From Paramoeba atlantica (taxonomy: Eukaryota; Protista; Discosea), in assembly GCA_977017575.1 (NCBI GenBank), contig CDRNVI010000011.1, positions 248,001 through 312,000 of the forward strand: a DNA stretch of 64,000 nucleotides, read 5' to 3'. Shown piece after piece: positions 34,270-45,582 of the stretch. Both the position numbers and the translations under genes were made by a program. Under the pieces are notes generated by a model. The model was not told where the DNA came from, ran no database searches, and was given only the letters and a program-made list of their open reading frames with translations. Each line of letters starts with the position of its first letter. Positions within the stretch are counted from its first letter, which is position 1.

Positions 34270-35860
34270 CTGTATTACTAAAGAGTTAAAACTCTTTGGA
34301 ATTGACTCCAGGAGAAAAGATCTCGCAGCCCTCGGATTGGACGATCATTTGAGGGATTCTCAAATTGATTCGCAGATTTCGAAGAATCTTCTTGGCTAGC
34401 TGATTTGATGCCCTTTGCAGCAGAGAGAATACATTCCGACAGCGTATCCCATGAGGCTTTCTCTTCGCAGCCCTCCAAATATTGATGAGTTTTTTGGGTA
34501 AACAATTTTCGTTGCGTTTCATCTCGAAGTTGGTACCAAGGGGTCGCGCTGGATGCTCCCGCCGAAGTGCTTCGCCACTTAATCTTAATCCGCGCAAACA
34601 CAGGGAGCTGGTTCGTGGGAATAGGGGCATTGAGAACCTTGTGCCGCCAGTTTGCGGAGGCAAATCTGGACGAAATTGTAACGTGATCTAGCTGTCGTTC
34701 CGTCTTGTCTATACTCACGTCCAGTTGCGGCTGCTGGGGCAAAGGCTGTGTGCAGATTTACGCGCAATCGAGCATAAAAGCCCACGAAATCTAGCAACCG
34801 CTGGGGGATCTAAACGTTTGTTCGTTACGAGCGTTAACGGCGAATTAAAATCCCCCATGACAAGAATAGGGCGACGCGGGTTACTGGCCTGTAATTGTTG
34901 ACGCAAAGAAGTCAGTTCTCCGTAAAACGCGGTCAAAACATCTTCAGAAGAATCTCTTATAGGAGCGTAGACATTAACCAGTGTTCCGACACCATCTTCC
35001 ATCGGAAAGTGCGCGGCCATGATTCGCTCGCTAACTTTCCAGACCTTATTAAGCGGTTCAATACTCACTATTGCCATACCGTTATACGAATCCGTGGGGG
35101 CAGCTGATAAAAGATACAGATAATAACAGGTTTCCGAGTCATAGACTTTTCGACGAATTATCTCCTTGCTTTCAACCTTGGAAAAACTTTATCGCGTCTC
35201 CTGCATACAAAGAATGTGCGCACCCTTCTTCGTCATCCAGTGCAGAACCTTATGCAGATGAGCTGATTTTCGGAGCGCAAACTCGTCGTCCCCATCCAAC
35301 CTAAGCGTAGTAGTGTTGAGTGTTCCTATATTCAGTGTTCCCTTCTCAGCGGAACCTCGAAGGTTCTCCGAATCGCGATGAGCGCGTTTGCCGGACAATG
35401 CCCACTTATATTTGCGACTTCTCCGCCTTTCCCGCGATCGATGGGTACCAGAGGAGCACAGACGTGCAGCGCAAAGAACTATACGCGGGTACCGAGGAGG
35501 AAAAGGTAAGGTGTCAGACGGTCGCTGCGCATAACGAACTCGCCATCGTACTCGCCATCGAACTCGCCATCTGAAACAGAAAAGGAACATCCGCACCCCT
35601 CTGCTCCACCATCCCCTCCCAGAGATTGAATTCCCGTGCGTAGGAATATCTCCACACCACAGCAATCCGTGAACCTCGGTACATCATCTTCGTTAATTGT
35701 GACAGAGAATTCGCACGGAGTTTTGCGAGTCCATTTCTATACCTTTTGGGCTGGAAAAGGGCCCCCCGACCAAGCGTGGACCGCAGAAGGAGGCTCATGA
35801 CTTCACTTGCTTCATGCGGGCCGGACGGGTCCGTCATTTTTTGAGAGTAACAAAAAACGT
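34270..35860 (-). pseudogene. 5' portion of a second LINE (N-terminal domain plus APE endonuclease), frameshifted
   Basis: MTDPSG..VVWRY..WEG, LNIGTLN, LCMQETR, VNVYAP, VMGDFNSPL, RQLDHV. Confidence 0.85.
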
Positions 35861-36180
35861 TGGCCCAGGAGCGCTCATGGATGGAGAAACGAAAGTTTTT
35901 ACGCCTTCGTTCCTCCGGGGGATGGGGTGGGATTAAACCACTTCTACCACGAATGATGTTCCACCTCCACCGAGGGGAAAAGGTTAGCGCGCTCGCTAAC
36001 GACATGTATGCCTCGGCGACGGGTTGCCACGCCGTCTTTGCCCCAGAACGCGGTTAACGACGCCGAGAACGAGGGTAAAACAGGATTAGGAAGGGACAAT
36101 TCCCTCTTGCTAGCTCGAAAATCCTTACTTCGGAAGGCTGGAGGTCGCCACGCCCCACCACCGGCAACGGTCCAATGCCG

Positions 36181-36557
36181 GAGGTGGCGGAGTGGCCAAG
36201 AATTCAAAGTTTGAAGCACATGGTGTTCAGACGGCGAGTTCAAACCCACTCATCGCAATATTCCCGGCGGCCTCACTCTAAGAGGCTGGGCTGATAACCG
36301 GCTAGGCCAAGTACTCGGAGGATCGTCCCGGACCCCCCCTCAGGGAACTAGCTCCCTTACCCGGCTTACACCTCTTGGGTAAGCCGTGTTGACGTACAAT
36401 TCGTCGACGCAGCGTGTTGGCAACAGCACGTTGGTGCCGCCTTGGACAAGCGGAAACTGGTAGAGAACGTCGGCCTCGGAACTTCCAAATCTGTCTGTAA
36501 AGGGTCTGGCTTGCCAGCGACCGTCTGGAGCAATCCGGAATGATTTGTATTGGATTT
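36181..36557 (+). mobile_element. full-length SINE-B
   Basis: Same GAGGTGGCGG start as 15903, A/B boxes and tail; no TSD found. Confidence 0.85.
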
Positions 36558-37438
36558 AGTCAACAAGAGGGGTTTTGCCCATATGAACTACGTATGAACT
36601 AAGAAAGCGGATGGATGAGAAAGAACCAAAATTTACCCCCTCACCTGCAACGTGTGGCAAAATTTAATCCGTTAGGCCGAGCAGAGGAACTGCCTAAACT
36701 TGATGCGATCGGGAAGGCGGCAAAAGCGCTAGAGGCAAAGGAACGACAACCACTGTCTACTGAAGAGATAGCTAGGGCCATCGATCAACTTCACCCAAAG
36801 GTCTTTCAGGTTTATAAACATTTACCGGCAAAAATCTAAGGACATTGAAAAGCAGGGTGAAAGGGAACCGGTTTTGCGCCAAAATTTTAAATTTTTCTAA
36901 AAAGACTTATAATTATTTTAAAAAGTGTTTTTGTATTATCTGATACTTTTTCGGCCACTTTGGACATGAAATGTCGGCAGTACACTGATTTTTCTTGTAC
37001 TGACAACAGGTCATACACATATTTGGCAGCGGCAAGCGAAAGGGACATTATTCAACGACTAGCGGACCACGAGTTTGTATACCAACGTGTAGAGTCTCCT
37101 AAAAGCCATGGGCCATGAGTAAGGTAGAATATTCTATTAGCGGTGAGATAAGAAAAGCGTAAGATTTCTTGGCAATTTTTTAGATATTATTTTTGACGCA
37201 AAATCGGTTCCCTTTGACCAAAAGCAACTTAACTGACAGGGCTCGCCAGAGGATCCGCCAGGCTGGACACGCGAACTTCTTATACCGCTCCTAGGTGGCC
37301 AGAGTATCGTTGCCTTGGATAGTGCTGCGAAACCCCCGAAACGCTCAGCTACGGGAAGTCTTAACCAGCTCCACTCTGACCTTGCTGCTCAAGGAGGGCC
37401 TTTCCTTAGAAGGATCACCAGCCTGCCGACCTATAGCA

Positions 37439-37596
37439 ATCGAGTTTTTTGTAAAGATCGAGTTTTTTGTAAAGATCGAGTTTTCTGTAAAGATCGAGTT
37501 TTTTGTAAAGATCGAGTTTTTTGTAAAGATCGAGTTTTTTGTAAAGATCGAGTTTTTTGTAAAGATCGAGTTTTTTGTAAAGATCGAGTTTTTTTT
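37439..37596 (+). repeat. 18-bp tandem array ATCGAGTTTTTTGTAAAG forming the LINE 5' end
   Basis: 8 full copies plus a partial one, one substitution. Confidence 0.95.
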
Positions 37597-40500
37597 AAAT
37601 ATTCGCAAAATGGCGGATGCGTCCGGTGTGTGTGAGGCCACGACCATCATGAATCTTCTTGCGCATTCCACGCTCGATCGGGGGGTTTTGTTTCGTCCTG
37701 CAGAGGGCGGGGCAGAATCTGCCAAACTCCGCGTGAAATCGTTGCGACAAATTATGCGGGGCTTGCAGTTAGGTGGTGAGCTGGCGGTGGTATGGAGGTA
37801 CGCGAATTCATCGCACTACAGCGTGTGGGAGGGGGTTGTAGAGTGCCGGATGCTGAACCACTGGCGTATTCGCTATGTTCAGTGTCCGCGGTTTACGCTG
37901 CCATTTCCACCATGTAGTCCTCACATCGTCCTTCGTGCTGTTCGCCTGTTCGTTCCTAACAGTTGGCGTCGCAGGAAAAAGCGGTTTCGCAAACCGAGAG
38001 CTCAGTCCGGCAAACGGGATCTCCGTGATTCGGTGGGTCCTAGAGACCCCGCTGTGAAGAGGATGCTTAGCGTTGGAACCTTAAATGTAACTACTCTGAA
38101 GCTGAAGGGTGAGGATGAGTTTAGTGTACGAAAGTGTGGGCACCTTTATGAAGTAATTAATTTTATGGATACGAAGGGAATACATATCTTAGGCTTACAG
38201 GAAACGCGGTACAGATTTTCTCCTTCCGAAAAGTTTGATGTACTCTACCGCAAAGTGCGCTACCGGAATACGGATTATCACTTAAACCTCGTTACAGCAC
38301 GGGCAAGGGATGCATACAACGGTATGGGTTTCGTCAGCACTCTTCCTTTGACTAAGGTTTCTAAGATCAGTGAAAGGATAATGTCTGGGGAATTTGAGAT
38401 GGAGGATGGAGTCGGTACAGTTGTCAATGTTTATTCTCCTACAAGGGACGCGTCAGACGTCGAGATAAAAAAGTTTTATGGTGAATTAGAGCGTTGTTGT
38501 CTGGTAGTGCGAGAAAACAATTCACGTCGTCCTCTCATAGTCATAGGAGACTTCAACGCACCGCTAACGCACATAACTAATAAGGAACAGGATCCACTTG
38601 CAGCCGCACGACTCAAAGGTCTATCATGTTCCATAGATTGCAAATCTGCACATAGCCTTTGCCCAAGAAGCCGGAAGTGGACGTGTGAATTACCAAACAA
38701 AGCTCTGAGGCAATTAGATCACATTTTCATTTGTAGCAGATTCGCATCGGCAATTCAAAGACACAAAGTGATTAAAGCACCTATTCCTACCACTCATTGT
38801 TGTGTCATTGCGAGTATCAGGATAAAGTGGCGAGTTACTGCCCATAAGTCGAATAATAATCAGCTTTCGTGGTTTCTTCTTCGAAACAGTGATATTAGAA
38901 CGGAATTCGTCAAAAATGTTCACTGTCAGCGCTTAGCGAATGCTGAGTCAGGAGCGACATGGGGAGAACTTGCAAAATGTATGGTGAGTGCTGTGAAAAC
39001 TTTTAAAAAACCTTCGAAACGAACCGCGAATAAGGAATCGGTAAAGGACTTTAAGATACACGACTTGCGCGGTTTATATCAAAAAAGCAGAAATAAAACC
39101 ACATTCAATGCGCTATTAAGAGAGCATAAGGAAGAAATTGAAGAAACTATTTCAAACGAATGCGTCGAGATTGAAAATCAACTTCGTAAAAATCATGCGA
39201 ATCCGTGGAGAACTATTCGACAAATTTGTGGGCGGTATAGAGACACATTTAACACAAGCGGGGGCTCACGAAACAAGAAGCTACAAGAAATTCGAAATCA
39301 CTTCATGCGGTTCAGTGGTTATGACTCGGGAAATCCGGATATTAGCTTCGAGATGCTTCCGCCACCGCTCGTTCCAATTTCAGACGAACCATTTAGGGGC
39401 GAGGAATTGATCACTTCTTTGTCTCTTTTCAAGAAAGGAAAAACTCCAGGAAGTGACGGGATACCAATGGAAGCCATACAGGCAATATCAGGGCACCCAG
39501 ATCTCAGATTACAACTCCTAGAAATCATAAACCAAGTCCATGCAACGGGGGTTACTGAGGAAGCTTGGCGAATCACGCTACAGATACCCATTCCAAAAAA
39601 GGGAGATTTAACAAAGATCGAAAATTGGAGGCCCATATGCGTGGTAAACAGTATAGTGAAACTTATGAACCATATGATACTTTCCCGCATTAGGCCTAAC
39701 ATAGAAAAATCTCTTCGGGATAACCAATATGGTTTTCGACCCAACCGACTTTCGACCCAACCGCTACTGTAGGCGCCCAGATCATCATGAACGAAGTCAA
39801 AACTAAAGCATTCAGAGGAGAAGGCCTTTCGGTAGCCCACATAGATTTCGCGAAAGCTTTTCCCTCGGTTTCCTTCGCAGCGATAAAAGCTAGCTTAGAT
39901 GCATTCCGTGTGGGACCTTGTCTATTCAGAACTATCATGTCAATATACAGTAATTTGAAAGGCACCGTTCGAACTCAGCTTGGCACTACCAAACCTTTCC
40001 CTATTGCAACGGGCATACTTCAAGGCGACGTCTTAGCGCCTTATCTTTTTGTAATGGTATTGGATCGTATTTTGAACAAAGCACTAGACGACAATTCCGA
40101 CGGTGCTCTTTTAAGTTCGAGAGGTACTAGGAAAAGGGGTCTTTATGAAAAACGCCTCACTGATATTGACTATGCAGACGATATAGCATTGTTTAGCGAC
40201 ACAAAAAGCGGATTAAACAATATGATAGACAATGTAGCCACAGAAGCCAGCAAAGCAAATCTACAGCTAGCCGTTGGTGTAACGAAGACAACCTGACTAA
40301 CGTTCGGAAAATCAACAAAGAACAGTGACAACATTCAAAGCAATGTTGTCGGGAGCATTCCGAAAGTTCAAACATACAAACACTTAGGGCATCACCAGGA
40401 AAACGACTTTACATCAACAATGAAGGAACGTTTAAAGTTGGCTTGGGGTTCTCTTTTTCGTTTGAACGGGATTTGGCCGTCGTCTTTGAGTGCAGGGACA

Positions 40501-41792
40501 AAGCTCAGACTATACGATTCCCTTGTTTATCCGGTGTTAAATTTCGGAACGGGGGCCCTCTCAATATCGCAAACAATGCTCCGACGAATTGACGTTGAGG
40601 TAAATAATATGAGGAGAATTGCATGTCAATGCGACAAATTGGATGAATATGGGATGTGTTACCCGAATGCATCTTTATATCTTGGCACGGAGAAATTTTC
40701 AACAATTCACAGGGTACAAAGAGCTAAGCTTGTTGGACACATGCTTCGTCACTCATCTGATTTCCAAGAGCTCGTCAAGTGGAAACAGCGGACCAACGCA
40801 CGACAACCTTCCCCAAGCGAGGCTTGCTTGAAGGATTTGTACATCACCCTTGAATAAGCCTTGGTGTATGCAACTGACCGCGAACATTGGTATCAACTAA
40901 CCGAAAAGTTGCGAAGAGAGCTCGAGCCTATTATTCAATATGAAAAGTGCGGGCCCGTTAGATGTAAAAATGCCCTGGCAAGGGCGAAAAAACACAAAAG
41001 TCCTTCCGAGTTACAATTCGTTGAGGAGTCAGACATCCCTTTTCCAGCATATAAAACTACGCAAATTTATACAGACGGTTCAGTATTGCCGATGCGGGGC
41101 ACGGATGAAATTCGAAGCGGTATCGGAGTTGTAGTATTAAAACCTAGATTAAAACCTCTACGAATATCTGTGCCTCTAGAATCTGAAACAATTGAGCGAG
41201 TCGAAATAATGGCCTTTCAGCAGGCCTTACGTCAGCTCCCGGAAAAACCTTGCGCATGTCTTTTTCATACAGATTCGTACTATCTTTGGGAATTTTTTCA
41301 CATTCTTCGTCATCAGAGGCGCATTGTTGGATATAAGGGGATCACAAACAGAGATTAATTTTATGAACTTGACAGAAAACTCCGTGAACTAAAACATGAA
41401 TCATTTTCAATTTTTATGTGCAAGGTAAAGAGTCATTGTGGGAACAAATGGAATGAGGAGGCGAATGGGTTGGCACTCATGGCAGCACGAAAAATATCTC
41501 GACCTCCTGTACAGAAAAGGAGAAAGACAAGTGAAGACACCGAGGAGTCTCAGACAGACAAATCTTTGCAAAAACTGATTAAAAATAGAGCCTTAGAAAA
41601 GGGAAAGGCGAAAACATTGCCAGCACCCAAGCGCGGGGCTGAGGCAAAAGGGAGACCCCGAGGGAAAGTAGCGAGAACTGGTGGCAAGAGGAAGCCCTCT
41701 GAGTAGGTGTGATAAGACGGAAGTGTTCTCCGCTGGTGAGGAATATTTGTAAGATTAACGAAAAGTAATGCGTGTTTTCAGTAGTACACATA

Positions 41793-44029
41793 CACTGCCG
41801 CCAAAATTTATTGAATTTTTAATTGGTGTCGAAACCGGACAACTTTTAATTTAAAATTTAATAATTTTTGTGCCAATAATTTTTGTAGAAATGTGTACAT
41901 GCGCAAATCTTGGGCTGTGGGAAATTAAGCGCCCGTCGTAGTGTTTTCACGTTCTTATTGACTACCGTGGGTTGGCGGGTTGCTCGTCTCATGGCCTTCG
42001 TCAGGTGGAGTGAAATGGTGCGAGGGTGCATTCCAACAGAGAATTTATCATTGTACTCTTATTGGTAGATAAAAGCAATGCATGTATTAAAACAATGCAG
42101 CTAATGTTGCGTACAAAGGTGAATAACAAAAAAGCGCGCGCGTTAAAATATTTCATTTTAATATCTAGTGCGGGGAAAAAGTGTAGACCGATAGAACAAA
42201 ACATGGAAAAAACCCCACAAAATATCAGCATAAAATCTGAGTAAATGTTATTGCGCACTTTCACAATTCAATACCATCAGAAAATTCAATACAATCAAAA
42301 ATATTTTGCAGGTGCTCATCAAAGGGGGAGTCACAGCAACTAAACTTTAGGACCGATTCCGTACGATGAGAGAGGAGTAAACGTCAGACTCTGAGCGGAT
42401 TTATAGCGCTCCTTTTGTCTTCGCGTCATTCCACGAAGTCGCTGGCGTAGATTCGTGATATCTTCAGCCTCTCGTCTCTGGAGTTCCAGTTCTTCAGTTG
42501 AGAGTACCTTACGAGGTCGGCCGCGTTTTCGCTTTTCTCCAGGTGCGCTTCTTTCGATTGTGGCGCTTGCTGTCGAATTTTCGTTCTCTTCTATTATATT
42601 GATGTCCCCTTCTGCGTTCCCAATGGATGAGGTGTTAATTTCGTCGGAACCTTCATCATCCAAGAGCTTAGGATAATCTGAGCTTGGGGAAGTTCTTGCA
42701 TAGCCTGCACAATGTACGACACTTTTTTCTCTCGGCAAAGTGTTCGCGATGTGCAAATAACGTTGGAGATGGCTGAATTGAGGTCGGAACGCGCAAAGAT
42801 GCGGGATACATCATCGTTGTAGAGCTGAATAGCGCGTTGTTTTAGGCCAGAGATTACAAACTGATCTGCAGGTTGAAAGACATGCGTCATTTTCTTGGGA
42901 ATACGAACTACGTCGCAAGAACCAAGGAGAATCTCATCAGTACCACTATGCTGAGTGGCTTCATCAATAATCAAAAGGGCGGGGGCAGCGGGCTTCTTCA
43001 TAGCTTCACGTTCGGAGGCAAGTATCTCCTTAAAGCGACTCAAAAAAGTTGCCCACGTCGAGGCGTCTTGAAAATGAGATCCTTTCCGGGCACATTGTAG
43101 AACACGTGGGTCGCTACCAACATTGACGAATACGCGACTCGTTCCCTGGAATATGAACTGTAACATTTTGATTTCTCCAGCTGCAGATGAAAGAACGTTG
43201 CAAGTGAAACCCTGCTTTTCACGACGAACTGAAATTGTGCGGGACTCGCCTGGATTAATGCGTTCCCAGGTCCAAGTGGCATTTGCTTGTCCTAATCCCA
43301 GACACACAAAGAATTCGTCTGTGTTAAACACAAGCTCTTTTTCACAACGATTTTTATAGCTTTCAAGCTGTGAAAAGAATGTTTTAGATGCCTCAACAAC
43401 TTCATTCGGCGTAACAGTTCGATCGCTAGTAGCGTGGCGGACACGAATGTTATTTTGCTTCATCCAGTCCTTTGCCCATGATAGCGAAAACTTCAGAGGA
43501 CCCCCCTTTAGGGATGTGGATTTCGGGGAAGATTGCTCTTTGATACCGCGGGCCACACTAGCTACAAGAGCCGCGTACACTGGGACAGCTTGCTCCCTCA
43601 TTTTATCGAAAGCTTGAAGGACAAGTGAAGATTCCTTTCCCGTAAGTAGGCCACGCCGGCCGCGACTACCGATGTTTTCTAGCGAGCGCATGCCCTTATA
43701 TTGCGAAACGCAAGCAGCCGAAATTATTCGTCCAAATTGATCCAAAAATCTCTCCATAACTAGTGCATTTTTACATGCACCTCGAGTGTTGTCAAAAAGC
43801 CATTCGCGCTCGTCCGGCGCTAAATCTTTCGAGGACGGCTGACTTTTCTTCGTCTGATGGATCGAATTCGCTACCAAAAAATGCTGAGCAATGTCCTGGT
43901 TGACCATCTCGAGCGGTTGACAAAAAATAAATAATAAATAAAACGCAGGCAAAAAACGACCATTTTTAATTAAAAATTCAATAATTTTTGTACCATGAAT
44001 ATTAGCGACAATAAAATTTGACTGGGGCG
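41793..44029 (-). mobile_element. pogo (DD32D) transposon
   Basis: Imperfect 21-bp TIRs flanked by TA; inserted in the LINE 3' UTR. Confidence 0.75.
42594..43952 (-). CDS. pogo-family transposase (CENP-B HTH plus DDE_1); C-terminal extension in another frame (42340-42660)
   Basis: KFSLSWAKDWMK, VFNTDE, LIIDEATQH, IPKKMTHVFQPADQ. Confidence 0.85.
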   Translation of the reverse strand: MPAFYLLFIFCQPLEMVNQDIAQHFLVANSIHQTKKSQPSSKDLAPDEREWLFDNTRGACKNALVMERFLDQFGRIISAACVSQYKGMRSLENIGSRGRRGLLTGKESSLVLQAFDKMREQAVPVYAALVASVARGIKEQSSPKSTSLKGGPLKFSLSWAKDWMKQNNIRVRHATSDRTVTPNEVVEASKTFFSQLESYKNRCEKELVFNTDEFFVCLGLGQANATWTWERINPGESRTISVRREKQGFTCNVLSSAAGEIKMLQFIFQGTSRVFVNVGSDPRVLQCARKGSHFQDASTWATFLSRFKEILASEREAMKKPAAPALLIIDEATQHSGTDEILLGSCDVVRIPKKMTHVFQPADQFVISGLKQRAIQLYNDDVSRIFARSDLNSAISNVICTSRTLCREKKVSYIVQAMQELPQAQIILSSWMMKVPTKLTPHPLGTQKGTSI

Positions 44030-44293
44030 TATATAAACTCTGAATTTGGAGGTGGAAGAATATAAGTTTGAGAGAACAATGTTATGTATTCTAACCGACT
44101 TACGTCGGTCTATTGGATTGGATTGGATTGGATATAGCAATGGGTAAAATCTTTCTTAAATTGGCTAGCCGAATCACCATGGACAGGGTAGCAGAAGCAA
44201 CGGGCAGACTTTTCCAAGATGCACAATTTGGTGTTGGAACAAGAAATAGAAATAGGAGGACCTAAAATAACCCAGATTGAAAGGGGCGAAGGA

Positions 44294-44449
44294 GATACGA
44301 AGCAACAGTCGTGGCAGATTCCCACTGAAAAGAAATGGTATCTCCCCGTACCAAGTTTGTCTCCGAGCCAGCAAGCGCTAAGGCTTTTCTCGTGCGGGGA
44401 GATTCCATTTCTTTTCAGTGGGAATCTGCCACGCCTGTTGCTTCGTATC
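44294..44449. mobile_element. fold-back MITE-like hairpin
   Basis: ~55-bp inverted arms GATACGAAGCAACAG..CAGATTCCCACTGAAAAG. Confidence 0.7.
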
Positions 44450-44986
44450 CAGAACGTCTAAAACTTCAACGAAACAACAAGAACCAAAAGGTTCAGACAA
44501 ATATAGACGGGAAAAGTGAAATTAAACCAAAGCTGCGAAGCCCACAAACAAAAAGAAAGCATTCTACAGAACGCGTTTCACGTGACTAATGGTATTTGAA
44601 ATCTTGTGAAATATATTCCCCCCCCCCCTAATTTCAAATTTTGAGTAGTGCTTTTGTAGCCCGGACAAGGCGAGCAGTTCTTATTCATGTTTTTTCTGTC
44701 AGATTGTTTTTATTCTTATTACTATATTTATTATTTATCGTAGATATATAAGGTTATAAGTTTTATGTTCATATTTATATGTTAGTTGTATTGTTTTATT
44801 TTAGCGCTCAAGTAGTTGATACCTTCAATTTACGTTGAACTCTAGGGGCGTTGGTGGTTCCATTTCCTGGTTTATTGTAATGAAAAGACTCATCCTTATG
44901 CGAGGGCTCATTAAAACAAACACTAAATTTGAGATATGGTAAACAGTTGTGTGGTCAGTGTTTTTAATCTAAGGTGTGAAGATGTT

Positions 44987-45426
44987 CTGTCAGCGAGCAG
45001 TGCCACTTAAAGGACCACTAAAAGGTTCCAAGTTTGTTAAACTGCGTTATCGAGTCGTTTGCGAAGGTCTTATACAGGGGGGTGGAGCTAAATCTGGGGG
45101 GTCTAAATTTCGTAAAATTTAGCCAATTGTAGAAAATAATAGCGCATTCGGGAGCTCTCTCGAATCCCTCTGGTGGAAAATACGTCGTTTCCTGCCGTTT
45201 TGAGCCTTACTTTTTTATAGCGAAAATGGCACTTTCTACCAGAAGGATTCGAGAGAGCTCTCGAATGCGCTATTGTTTTCTAAAATTGGACAACATTTAC
45301 AAATTTTAGACCCCCCCAGATTTAGCTGCACCCCCCTGTATAAGACCTTCGCAAACGACTCGATAACGCAGTTTAACAAACTTGGAACCTTTTAGTGGTC
45401 CTTTAAGTGGCACTGCTCGCTGACAG
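44987..45426. repeat. 440-bp palindrome: Tc1-type MITE (45075-45338) with perfectly inverted 88-bp flanks
   Basis: Outer arms identical; inner arms have about ten mismatches; MITE relative at 57667-58410. Confidence 0.9.
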
Positions 45427-45582
45427 GTGCAACGAGACAAAAGTACGAAGGGTTGTATTCAGAGGTAACGCATTCCACTTCACCCTACGTATGCTTCACC
45501 GCCTTCGCATCAGCAAATCGTTGGGATCATTAGGATCCCATGCAAGCCCATCTCATTCAGCCCATCTCAAATCTTGATAGTT

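Larger units (their letters stand above)
37441..44132 (+). mobile_element. full-length RTE-like LINE (N-domain-APE-RT-RNase H, ~4.45 kb net) with nested pogo
   Basis: TSD TATAGCAAT (37432-37440 / 44133-44141); ATG 37610; GLQETR, IGDFNAPL, DFAKAF, LQGDVLAP, YADDIAL, IYTDGS; hairpin plus (ATTGG)n tail; broken by a duplication near 39740 and stops at 40294, 40855, 41356. Confidence 0.9.
37243..44280 (+). pseudogene. CRE/SLACS-like RT relic (37243-37440 and 44142-44280) interrupted by the full-length LINE
   Basis: GWTRELLIPLL upstream; rejoined CRPIA|MGKIFLKLAS..LFQDAQFGVG across the TSD. Confidence 0.7.

Noticed and set aside
37230-37440. HDV-like ribozyme/Pr77 leader upstream of the LINE
   Set aside because: The region lies outside the TSD and translates as CRE-type RT; no P1-P4 pseudoknot could be built by eye.
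37295-37609. N-terminal extension of the LINE ORF with IEFFVK repeats
   Set aside because: GTG start outside the TSD; it is read-through of the CRE relic and the 18-bp array. The likely start is ATG 37610.
40294-41358. Stop-codon reassignment (TGA at a Trp position, TAA at a Glu position in the LINE)
   Set aside because: These are single-base nonsense changes; another TAA aligns with Leu, and long host genes have no internal stops.
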